A stretch of 62,986 bases of DNA, the filler included, from Octopus bimaculoides (lineage: Eukaryota), in the NCBI RefSeq assembly GCF_001194135.2. It is 4 parts of 4 records of this genome, joined end to end, with 100 filler letters (N's around TTAATTAATTAA, not from the genome) between each part and the next. Parts side by side here need not be neighbours in the genome. Positions count along the whole stretch, not along the records: positions 1 to 19,019 come from NC_068999.1; 3 more parts are not named here. One strand, given 5' to 3'. The notes beneath the pieces were generated by a model, which searched no databases, had not been told where the DNA came from, and saw only the letters and a program-made list of their open reading frames with translations. This document shows, in pieces, positions 1-11,700 of the stretch. The translations under genes were made by a program, and so were the position numbers. How positions within the stretch are numbered: position 1 is the stretch's first letter; each line of letters opens with the position of its first letter.

Positions 1-879
1 AAAAAAAAAAAAATGAATAAAATAAAATATGATAAGGGTGAAGGGTACCTAGTCAACACGTGGATATTGTCGGATAGTATCAATATTTCCGCTTTCATTT
101 CGTGATCATAAACCGAAATGATACCACCGTATGAGTTAAAATTTATTAACAAACAAAGAACAGGTAATTTATTATAATTACAGCATTAATGACAAGGGCG
201 ACTATATTTCTTTTGCAGCCTCCACCCGCTTCGCTTGGTTATCGTCACCCCGCCTCTTCTTGCCCTCGTCTCGATCTGAGATATATTCCACAGAAATCAA
301 TAATGTTTAGCTTCCGACGTAAAATACCGTTAAGTGACACGTGTTTCTGCTTTGACTATAAACAAAACGGCCACCTGTCGTTATTAGAAAAATCGGTAAA
401 TTTCAGAGACGACGACAAAGTATAACTGTTAAAGCTAGCTTCTGTTAATTTTGTTTAACCCCAGGTAAGACATGCTATAACTGACACACGATCAAAAGCA
501 TTCCAGCTGTGACCATCCCGTCTTTTTATATATCGAAGGCTACATTATTATCTAAAGTGTTCTTCCTTCACTTTTGAGACGACAGGTTGTGATTTAAAGA
601 AGAAGGTGTTATTAATTACGATTGGAACGGACACCGACAGAGGTTTTTTTCTCCCCCATTTATTTATTTACATTCACATTTTCAGTTTCACTTTGAATAT
701 TCTCTCTTCCGGAAACATTTTCTGATTAACTGGGAAATACTAGAAGGTATATGTTTAACTTTAAATCAACAGTTATTGTTTCTGTTTCTTGATCAGCTTT
801 AAAAAAAAAACTAACAAACAAACAAAACAAAACGTTTTATCTTTGGTAAAGAAAACGAAGAATACAGAATACGGTTGTG

Positions 880-1782
880 ATGAGTATCTTTTCTTTAATT
901 TATGTACTTCTGTTAATATGTTTGAAAGAAACAGAAGGAAGGAAAGTACTTTTGAGAGACATTAAAACCATAACATTAACTCAAGGCCAAATGACCAGCG
1001 CAAGAAGATCTTCGCCAGTGCCACAATTAAAATGTACGGGAGGATCGGCAGGTTGTCGTAGTTTCGTCCCTAACAATGTCCAGTGTTACAACAAAGGATG
1101 GGACGGTTTTGATATTCAATGGAAATGTGAAACAGACATGAAGAAAAAATATCGTTTCGGAAAGATTGCTGTGTCTTGTGAAGGTTACGATTACCCCAAT
1201 GACCCTTATATTCTTGCAGGATCTTGTGGTTTGGAATATGAAATTGACTACATAAACACACACCGTAAACACTCAAGCAAATTTACTAAAAGCTCTCATC
1301 ATTCTATTAACTCCGGTTTTGAGTTTGGTGAAATTATTTGGATACTTTGCGTATTACTTTGCATCTTACTTGTATATCGTCTCTGTCTCAGCCGTAATAA
1401 TAACAGGTGCAGAATGTTTACAAATTCAAATAATTCTGGTGAAATGCCACCCGGAACTTACCCGAGAGATCCACCACCACCCTACGGCTTTAGGCCGGAA
1501 TATTACCCGCAACAAAACACTAATAGTTTCGAAGACTCTCAACAACCAGGCTTCTTTTCTGGTATGGGAACTGGTGGTGTGTTGGGTTACGTCCTAGGTA
1601 AAGAGCCTGGTTATTCCCGTTGTGACACTTCCCCTGGTTATCACCATTCCAATGATTACCATCCTCCGTCAGACTGGTTTGGAACTTCTCAGTCCTCGCA
1701 TAATTATGTATCTTCAAGTGATTCGAGTGACGATGATGACTCAAGGGCAGCAGTTGGTTTCGGCGGGACAACACGGCGATAA
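880..1782 (+). CDS. SARAF: Store-operated calcium entry-associated regulatory factor (SARAF/TMEM66), single-exon CDS, 300 aa
   Basis: Hydrophobic N-terminal signal peptide; luminal domain KVLLRDIKTITL...RRSSPVPQLKCTGGSAGC...VQCYNKGWDGFDIQWKC...VSCEGYDYPNDPYILAGSCGLEY typical of SARAF; one TM helix; Pro/Gly/Ser-rich tail ending GFGGTTRR. The ORF track starts at GTG 877, but the ATG is at 880. Confidence 0.95.
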   Translation: MSIFSLIYVLLLICLKETEGRKVLLRDIKTITLTQGQMTSARRSSPVPQLKCTGGSAGCRSFVPNNVQCYNKGWDGFDIQWKCETDMKKKYRFGKIAVSCEGYDYPNDPYILAGSCGLEYEIDYINTHRKHSSKFTKSSHHSINSGFEFGEIIWILCVLLCILLVYRLCLSRNNNRCRMFTNSNNSGEMPPGTYPRDPPPPYGFRPEYYPQQNTNSFEDSQQPGFFSGMGTGGVLGYVLGKEPGYSRCDTSPGYHHSNDYHPPSDWFGTSQSSHNYVSSSDSSDDDDSRAAVGFGGTTRR

Positions 1783-1788
1783 AATAAA
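1783..1788 (+). promoter_or_regulatory. Candidate polyadenylation signal AATAAA directly after the SARAF stop
   Basis: TAA at 1780-1782 is followed at once by AATAAA, then a T/GT-rich downstream tract. Confidence 0.45.
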
Positions 1789-2876
1789 ATAGTTTTCTAC
1801 TAATTTGGTTTGTTGTTACGTCGATTTTTTTGCAAACCATAATGGCATAATTACAGTTTGATGCTCCACAACTTTGTTCCTTTGTAACTTATAAAAGCTA
1901 CAGATTTTTTTAATGAAATTTTGTAGAGGTATGCTTTCGATGGTGTAGATTACGAATGTCTTGACATTTAATTTTTTTTCTTTCTTTTTTAGAGGTCTTT
2001 CAGCTTATTCAACCTCCTCCCGACTTTACTTCCTCATAACTCGTTCTTTAAAATGTATATTTTAAAACGATATTTTATNNNNNNNNNNNNNNNNNNNNNN
2101 NNNNNNNNNNNNNNNNNNNNNNNNNNNNNNNNNNNNNNNNNNNNNNNNNNNNNNNNNNNNNNNNNNNNNNNNNNNNNNNNNNNNNNNNNNNNNNNNNNNN
2201 NNNNNNNNNNNNNNNNNNNNNNNNNNNNNNNNNNNNNNNNNNNNNNNNNNNNNNNNNNNNNNNNNNNNNNNNNNNNNNNNNNNNNNNNNNNNNNNNNNNN
2301 NNNNNNNNNNNNNNNNNNNNNNNNNNNNNNNNNNNNNNNNNNNNNNNNNNNNNNNNNNNNNNNNNNNNNNNNNNNNNNNNNNNNNNNNNNNNNNNNNNNN
2401 NNNNNNNNNNNNNNNNNNNNNNNNNNNNNNNNNNNNNNNNNNNNNNNNNNNNNNNNNNNNNNNNNNNNNNNNNNNNNNNNNNNNNNNNNNNNNNNNNNNN
2501 NNNNNNNNNNNNNNNNNNNNNNNNNNNNNNNNNNNNNNNNNNNNNNNNNNNNNNNNNNNNNNNNNNNNNNNNNNNNNNNNNNNNNNNNNNNNNNNNNNNN
2601 NNNNNNNNNNNNNNNNNNNNNNNNNNNNNNNNNNNNNNNNNNNNNNNNNNNNNNNNNNNNNNNNNNNNNNNNNNNNNNNNNNNNNNNNNNNNNNNNNNNN
2701 NNNNNNNNNNNNNNNNNNNNNNNNNNNNNNNNNNNNNNNNNNNNNNNNNNNNNNNNNNNNNNNNNNNNNNNNNNNNNNNNNNNNNNNNNNNNNNNNNNNN
2801 NNNNNNNNNNNNNNNNNNNNNNNNNNNNNNNNNNNNNNNNNNNNNNNNNNNNNNNNNNNNNNNNNNNNNNNNNNNN

Positions 2877-3142
2877 AAGCTCCACCAGGGGATGGTGGCG
2901 AACCCTGCTGTACTCTTCCACCACAACTTTCTCTCACTCTTACTTTCTGTTTCTGTTGTGCCTGTAATTCAAAGGGTCAGCCTTGTCACACTCTGTGTCA
3001 CGCTGAATATCCCCGAGAACTACGTTAAGGGTACACGTGTCTGTGGAGTGCCACTTGCACGTTAATTTCACGAGCAGGCTGTTCCGTTGATCGGATCACC
3101 TGGAACCCTCGACGTCGTAAGCAACGGAGTGCCAAGAATAAC
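2877..3142 (+). mobile_element. SINE family B 3' part, ending about 170 bp upstream of the MRPS15 ATG
   Basis: About 90% identical to 9634-9878. Confidence 0.8.
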
Positions 3143-3310
3143 ATTTTTCGGTGCGGTATCGACTAATCCCCTTTCCTCAAAATTGGTCTTCTGTATACTA
3201 CAATAGCAACCATTATTTAGACGATGCACCTGCCAACATCTCAGGATGTTTGTTTCAAGAAGAGTAATTCTGACCAAGGGGAGTGAACTCTAATCGCCAT
3301 GTAATTAACG

Positions 3311-3404
3311 ATGGCTGCGAGGTTTTTCATTCGGAATATCCTACTGGCAGAAAATCATTTATTTAAAATACAACAGCCTCGAATTATAGCCCCATTATTG
3401 TCAG
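3311..3404 (+). CDS. MRPS15: MRPS15 exon 1 (mitochondrial targeting peptide)
   Basis: ATG at 3311, Arg-rich and almost acid-free peptide, donor CAG|GTAAGT, phase 1. Confidence 0.8.
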
Positions 3405-4868
3405 GTAAGTTAAAGAAAACACATGTCTATATGTCTATGCACTATCTACCATTAATATCCACCATTTATTACATTATTACCAAAATCGGAACTTTGGTAA
3501 TTACAAGGACGTCAGGTCAAATCGTATTTAATTATGTGTTTTATCAGCTTAAATTGTGTATTTAAAAATAAAATCAATGTTTTATCAATGTGATTTACGT
3601 TATTGGTAACCTATAGGTATCAAATAAATTAAAATCGAAGCTTTCCTTTTTTTATGGTTAATTTTTACTGTTACACCTTTCGGAATAGCAATCACTACCT
3701 CATGGAAAAGAAAAAAGGACAAGGAATTGGATGGTTATTTCCTTCTGTAGAAGAAATTTTGGTCCAAAAACTATAATTTTTAACAGTTTTGCTCTCTCAC
3801 ACCCAATTCCATGCCCTTTTCTGGTAAATATTTACTATCATATCTGTCTCACGAGACTGGTGTAATCGTAAAAAATTACCGTTTTTAAATGCAATTATTT
3901 ATTGAAACTTGGGTTGTAGCTCCACAACTCCTCTTGCGTAGTCCCGTGATCAAATATCCAAAGGCATTCTAGTCTTTTAAAGATCACCTAAGGCTACATT
4001 ACATCATGTAATGTCTTGTTTCTTTATTAAGACGTTAGAATGTGATTTGAGAGAAGAGATATAGCTGTTATTTCTAGCATACGAAACCCCTTGTTAATTT
4101 GTATAGAAAGTTTGTTGTTTAGCCTTTAAACAGCCTTGTTCAGAGGCATTCGGTTAATGGTTATTTGCTATTTTATTTAAGACATTGTATATATATAGGA
4201 ATACGTTATCCTGCATGTCCTTCCCTATCTTTTTATAAGGTTTGAGGGAGATTTGGTTGCTATTTCTAATAAGTCGATCAACCGCGTAGAAAGAAGCTTC
4301 CTCGCCCATTCGATTTGGATGGCGATCGTTGTGAACATGTGGTAGTTTCTGTTCTTTAAACATCAACATCTTAGTTCCAATCAGAACGACCTGTGGTGGC
4401 AAGGTCAAACAATAATCATCTACCCAAACTCGAACACTAGTTTAATGGGGAAATGTCCGAAGATTCATATGACAAACACACACTTCCGAAACATCAGCTG
4501 GCAGGATTTGAACTTAAAATGCTGTAACTCGTCGGCTCACCCCTTAATAATAATAATGGTTTCAAATTTTGGCTCAGGGCCAGCAGTATTTGATTAGTAC
4601 TTATTTTATCGATCCCGAAGGATGAAAGGCAAAGTCGATCTCGGCGGAATTTGCACTCAGAACGTGAAGACGGACAAAATGTCGCTAAGGATTTCGTCCG
4701 ACGTACTAACTATTCAGATACCAGTAAGGCGATGCTGGCAACAACCATGCTCGAATGGTGCTTTTTACGTGCCACTGGCATGGGAGCCAGTCGGCGGCCC
4801 TGGCAATAATCGCACCTGGATGGTGCTTTTAATCAGGTGGTACTGTCAATGGCTACATCAGCGATTTG

Positions 4869-4905
<37 letters not shown>

Positions 4906-5716
4906 CACACACTCAAACTCACAGAACTTAATAGTTGTAAGCAAGTGTCACCGTCATGCAAGCGGTGTTCTTTATTTCCAGTCTTCTGTGAAAAACAGGT
5001 CTGACCATGTTGAAATATTGCTTTGCTTTGAAATAGGTGAGGGTTGGTGGCGGGAAGAGTAAACAGCTTTAAAAAATTCACCTCAGTAAATGCCAGCATG
5101 GAACAATGAATGCTAAAATGATGATGATGATGATGATGAATGATAACGGAAGAGACATCAAACTGATTACAATGCAGCATAGATGTACGATGGGGTGCTG
5201 AAAAGTTCCTTGCTTTGGATAAAAGAAAATACAGGAGGATCAGTTAATTATGATTTTATTGAACATATTCCCTTCTTAGATTCACACACATATTGCAATG
5301 GCCCCTCAGTTTTTCTAAGCCCTGTAAAAGAACTCTGAAGGTTGACCCTTCTACCAGGCCTTTCACAATACCCTTAAAGCCAGGAACTTTTCAGCACTCC
5401 CTTATAGATAATGTGAAATCTTTCCTCTTTTAATGTTATTAACAGTCTGAATAATTATATTCTCGTTAATTATTATTGTTTTATATTCTGTCTTTTTGTT
5501 TGTTTATTGTTTTATTTGGAACCAACTTAAATACTTTTGAATTTGTTTTTGTCTTAGGCAACTTCCAGAATGTTCCAAGCGAGGGAGACAAACGATATTA
5601 TTCTAGAGTCCGCAAGAAAGAACGTCCATTGTTCCCTAAACTTTTTAGATCAGGTTTGTCAAAATGAATCATTATGGATTTTTTTTGCCATTACCATCAT
5701 CATCATTACCACCACC

Positions 5717-5750
<34 letters not shown>

Positions 5751-8700
5751 TCATCATCACCATCACCATCACCACCATCATCATCATCATCAACTTCTTG
5801 TACCAGTTATATTATTTGTCTTCTTTACTCTCGGGTATGCTGTTACCCCACCACCAAATAGCGTTATCCTACATATTAATAGGTTAAGAAAAAGAGAAGA
5901 AATGGGAATATTTTAGGATAAGGCTGTTCTTTTCCTGTTTGAGTGGTTCTAATCTCTGGTCTGTGGCCATGTTGGGTAAATGGCTTTCTAGGGGTACAGT
6001 TAATTATACAGACCCCCTAATTTTATTGACCTGCGAAAGACAAATACGATTTGAATTTTGAGCATAAAAGGATGGAACTAAATACCACAAAGTGCTTTCT
6101 TCAATGCTCTACCGTCCACCCACCCACCCATCCACTAAGCTCTTTTATATCTTTTTCTTTAGCAGCACTATTTCACCCTTTTGTTACCATTATTCCTGTT
6201 GAAATATACTGCCTTTCTATATTTAAGAGATGAGGAATTATGTACATTATTTACATTTGACGGATATTTGTCCTCGTCTTGTTTGTTGTTAACACGTTTT
6301 GGCTGATATACCCTCCAGCCTTCATCATGTGTCTTGGGGAAATTTCGAACTTTGGTTCTTATTCCTAAGGTATTTTTGCGATGTCATCATCGTCGTTGTT
6401 GTCGTCACCACCGAAAATATATTACCTTTGTTTCGATTTATCATCATTTAATGTCCATTTCCCATCATTTAACGTCCATTTCCCATCATTTAACGTCCAT
6501 TTCCCATCATTTAACGTCCATTTCCCATCATTTAACGTCCATTTCCCATCATTTAACGTCCATTTCCCATCATTTAACGTCCAATCTTATGGCTTGGACA
6601 ACTTGACAGGAGCTGGCAAGACCAGGTTCCATTGTCGCACATCCTACAGTGAGACCCCTAACCCTAACCCTAACCACTCACCATTGAAAGCAGGCAGTAC
6701 ACTCTGTACAGTATACCGGGTGCCTTTTACATGGCACCAGTACCAGTGCATTTTATGTGGCACCACCATCAATAGGGTCACTAAGTACCTTGCAAGACAA
6801 CCCACCCCCACCTCGACTGGGAGGTGGGAGAGTAGTATTGAGCATTTGAGAGATTTGAGGTACAAAGGGAACAGATATTGGTGTCTTACTTGAAAATAAT
6901 GAAGAATTTAGTGGAATCACTTTTGGCATTATTTAGGTGATGTTTAGAACATAAAACGAAATTTTGATGGAAGTTTATATTACAGAACCAGGGACAGTCT
7001 CTGCTAGGTTGGTATCAAGAGAGTTTGAAGATTTAAAAATTTCTATTCACATGTTACCATTTTTTAATTACTGTAGGTGACAGAATGAAGAGACTACCAT
7101 TGCCAGATTCTACTATCAAATTTTGGTGCCAAGACGTCAAAGAACTACAAGAGTAAGTAAAAACGAAACCGTCCATTATGATTCATCATCATCATCATCA
7201 TCATCGTTTAACGTCCAGGCTCCAATCTAAATTTGGCAGAGTTTCTACAGCTGGATGCCCTTCCTAACGTCAACCACTCAGAGAGTGTAGATTATGCATA
7301 ATATTTGTAAATCTTTGGAAGACTCTATATTTATCCTTGTTTATCACAGTTGTTTGGTTCCTCTCAAACAAGACACTGTGTTAAATAGTAGAACAAATTA
7401 AAAACATTTTTTTACTTGTTTCAGTCATTAAACTGTGGCCATGCTGGGGCACCACTTTGAAGAATTTTTTAGTCAAATGAATCAGTCCCAGTATGTATAT
7501 TTTTTTAAAAGTCTGATATTTATTCTATCAGCCTTTTTAGCTGAATTGCTAAGTTATGAGGATGTAAACACACCAACACCGGTTGTCAAGCAGTAGTGTA
7601 GGACAAACACAGACACATGCTTGCACACACACACGAGAAGGTGCTGAAAAATTCCTGGTTTTGGGTAAAAGAAAATAGAGGATCAGTTAATTGTGATTTT
7701 ATTCAACACGTTTCCCTCTCAGATTTACACACTTATTGACTCATTGCAGCAGTCCTTCAGTTTTTCTCACCTTTGTAAAGGAACTTGGAAGGTTTGGCCT
7801 CTAAGCAAAGCCTTTTGCGATACCTTTGAAACCAGGAACTTTTCAGTAGCCCCTTGTGTGTTTCCAGTCCTAAAAGTCCATTCTCTTGTATTAACTTCCT
7901 CATTTTCACCTCTCTTTCTTCCTTGCTCTCTCTTTCCAGTGCACCTGACCATGTCCAGAGGTTGTTCACAATTGAATTTGCAAATCGTGTAAGTTAATCC
8001 TTCTTACTTAAATTTTCCATCATCGATTACTGTTGTTTTTAATTCCGTAAATTTTCTCCAGAGGAAAATGTTGGGCCTATTCTTTGACTTGCTGGCCCTT
8101 ACAGTAAGCTGGCAGATCAATCAGAATGCTTAGTGGTATTTTCCCTAGTTCCTTATGCACTGAGTTCAAATCCTGCTAAGGTCAACTTTGCCTTTCATCC
8201 TTTTTGGGGCTTGATAAAATAAAGTACCAGTCATATACTGGGGTCGATTACATTGACTAACCCTCTCCCCTTAAAATTTCGTAAAGTGAAAAAGGTTTAT
8301 TATTATTATTATTTTTATTATTATAATTTTTTATTATGACCATGCCAAATCAGACTGAAGTTGAGTGCAGCCCCTCAGCTTACCAGCCTTGGTCAAACCG
8401 TCCAACCCATGCCAGCATGGACAGTGGACGCTAAATGGTGAGGATGTTGATGATGATGATGTAGTGATCTGACAGAATCATAACAAAATGTTTAGCAGCA
8501 TTTCTTCCAGCTCTTTATATTCTGAGTTCAAATTCTGTCAGGGTTGACTTTGCTTTTCGTCCTTTCAGGGTCGATAAAATAAAGTAACAGCTGAGCACTG
8601 CGGTCAGTGTAATCAACATCGACTGGACCCAAATTTTGATCCTTGTACCTTTAGTAATATTATTGTTGTTAAGGCGGCGAGCTGGCAGAAACGTTAGGGG

Positions 8701-11700
8701 GCCGGGCGAAATGCTTGGCGGTATTTCATCTATCTTTACGTTCTGAGTTCAAATTCCGCCAAGGTCGACTTTGCCTTTCATCCTTTCGGGGTCGATAAAT
8801 TAAGTACCAGTTACACACTGGGGTCGATGTAATCAACTTAATCGCTTTGTCTGTCCTTGTTTGTCCCCTCTNNNNNNNNNNNNNNNNNNNNNNNNNNNNN
8901 NNNNNNNNNNNNNNNNNNNNNNNNNNNNNNNNNNNNNNNNNNNNNNNNNNNNNNNNNNNNNNNNNNNNNNNNNNNNNNNNNNNNNNNNNNNNNNNNNNNN
9001 NNNNNNNNNNNNNNNNNNNNNNNNNNNNNNNNNNNNNNNNNNNNNNNNNNNNNNNNNNNNNNNNNNNNNNNNNNNNNNNNNNNNNNNNNNNNNNNNNNNN
9101 NNNNNNNNNNNNNNNNNNNNNNNNNNNNNNNNNNNNNNNNNNNNNNNNNNNNNNNNNNNNNNNNNNNNNNNNNNNNNNNNNNNNNNNNNNNNNNNNNNNN
9201 NNNNNNNNNNNNNNNNNNNNNNNNNNNNNNNNNNNNNNNNNNNNNNNNNNNNNNNNNNNNNNNNNNNNNNNNNNNNNNNNNNNNNNNNNNNNNNNNNNNN
9301 NNNNNNNNNNNNNNNNNNNNNNNNNNNNNNNNNNNNNNNNNNNNNNNNNNNNNNNNNNNNNNNNNNNNNNNNNNNNNNNNNNNNNNNNNNNNNNNNNNNN
9401 NNNNNNNNNNNNNNNNNNNNNNNNNNNNNNNNNNNNNNNNNNNNNNNNNNNNNNNNNNNNNNNNNNNNNNNNNNNNNNNNNNNNNNNNNNNNNNNNNNNN
9501 NNNNNNNNNNNNNNNNNNNNNNNNNNNNNNNNNNNNNNNNNNNNNNNNNNNNNNNNNNNNNNNNNNNNNNNNNNNNNNNNNNNNNNNNNNNNNNNNNNNN
9601 NNNNNNNNNNNNNNNNNNNNNNNNNNNNNNNNNAACCCTGCTGTACTCTTTCACCACAGCTTTCTCTTACTCTTACTTCCTGTTTCGGTTGTGCCTGTAA
9701 TGCAAAAGGGTCAGCCTTGTCACACTGTGTCACGCTGAATCTCCCCGAGAACTACGTTAAGGGTACACGTGTCTGTGGAGTGCTCAGCCACTTGCACGTT
9801 AATTTCACGAGCAGGCTGTTCCATTGATCGGATCGACTGGAACCCTCGACGTCGTAAGTGACGGAGTGCCAACAACAACTTTAAATGTGGCACCAGGACA
9901 GTTTCTTTTATGTGACACCGACGTGGGTGCCTACAAGGTACCGCATGGGTACTTTGACATGACACCAGCACCCATAAGCCCACAAGACTAGGACCTCTCA
10001 GCTGAAAGAGGGACATAGGGAACATACCTGTATGTATGGATGGCCACAATATTGCTTAGCTTAATGTGTCTTCTCAAGCACAGCAAATCACCGGAAGTCT
10101 TAGTCCCTTGTCATCTCTGTGAGACCCAGCATCCGGAGATCCTGTCTCACCACTTCATCCTACTCATTGCCAACTTTCACCTTACTGATAACATACCTGT
10201 ACATGGCTTGTACAACTCTCATCCACCATTCGTCTCTCCTGAGCTTCCATATTGCCCGTCAGCTCCACATTGCCCACAGGGGACCTAACAAATTCCATCT
10301 GACCCATACAAGCATGGAAAAGTGGACGTAAATGATAATGATTGTTAGAAACTGATTAATTAAACTAAATGTGATGATTTTAATGAAAAATTCTTCTCTA
10401 TTTAACAGTTGCTTACCTCACTCTACGTATTCGAGCTTTGAAAAAGCATCTGACTTCTTTCAGAAAGGTGAGTTTTTGTCCATTTAGCTATTTTGTGTCT
10501 GAATTTGCAGGCAGTTTAGCTTAATGACAAAGCTCTCAGCCAAAGTCTCAAGGAATGTGGGTTCAAGTCCCACGGCTGGGACTTGAAAACTAATGCAGTT
10601 CACGAGAACCAATGATATCAATGACAGTTATTTTATTAAATTCTTCACTATTTTCAAAATTTGTTGAAACGAAGGCCGTAGATTGCAATGGAAATATGGT
10701 AGCACCAGGGTTAACTCCTTAGCTTTCACATTATTCTGTCAAAAGTAATGCTTATTTATTCACATTGTTTTAAATTAATCCTTCATTATCTTGTAGCTGT
10801 GAGATTTTGATGAGGTAACTGTTAATTTTTGGAACGATACTGTAGGGTTGGTGTGAAAGGCCAGATCTAACCAGTTTGAATATAAAACAGGTTTTGGTTG
10901 GATATGGCTAGTCTAAATGCTAAAGGTTTAACCCTTTCATTACCAACCCGGTTCAAACTGGTTCTGGCTCTGTGTACAAATGTCTTGTTTTCATAAGTTT
11001 TGAATTAAAATCTTCCACCAAACCTTAGTCACAATTTTTGTTCCTAACACAAACTTAACCCTTTACCATTCAAATTAATATGTCAAAAGTAATCCTTATT
11101 CATTTACATTTAAAAAAATTAATCTGGTATTATCCTGTAGCTTCAAGAGTTGAAAGATGTAATTGTTTATTTTTAGAATGACATTGTAGGGTAGGTGTGA
11201 GAAGCCAGATCTGACCAGTTTGAGCATAAAATGAGTAAAATATTTGGGCCGGATATAGCCAGTTTAAACACTAAAGGGTTAATGATAATGAAGTTATTTT
11301 ACTAAATTTTTTGTTATATTTAAAATTAATTGAAAGAAACACAGAACATCTCAAAATAAATATGGAAATGAAAGGGTTAACGAGCAAGTAGGAGTCATCG
11401 CTGTTGTGTCATTTATGATGTTGGTTGCTAATTTTGTTTCTTTTCTTTTTCATTTTCAGGATAAAGTTTCCAAAAGTATGTTGTCTGAAAAGATAGCAAA
11501 ACGGAGAAAGATGTTGAAAATTCTGAAAAAGCAGAACATGATCAACTTCCAATGGTTAACGAAGGAACTAAGAATACTATATGCTCCTGTACCTAAATAT
11601 ATCTATTGGCCTATGACCAAGAAAGGCAACAGGAAAAGGAGGTCACACAAAAAAGCGTTCCGAATGAAAATACAAAAGATTGAGAAACTCCGCGAAAAAT

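Noticed and set aside
5570-5916. Poly-His, poly-Pro/Ser and poly-Thr/Ile ORFs
   Set aside because: Translations of a CAT/CAC microsatellite; the real exon ends at 5653.
6442-6588. Regular repeat resembling a CRISPR array
   Set aside because: No unique spacers, and the context is eukaryotic; it is a head-to-tail minisatellite.
6381-6893. 170-aa ORF with FPSFNVH repeats
   Set aside because: It is a by-product of the 21-bp RTE-tail minisatellite and sits in an MRPS15 intron.
8062-8103. Possible MRPS15 exon after the acceptor-like ttttctccag
   Set aside because: The peptide RKMLGLFFDLLALT does not resemble the expected segment, the phase is incompatible with the next exon, and it runs into a SINE.
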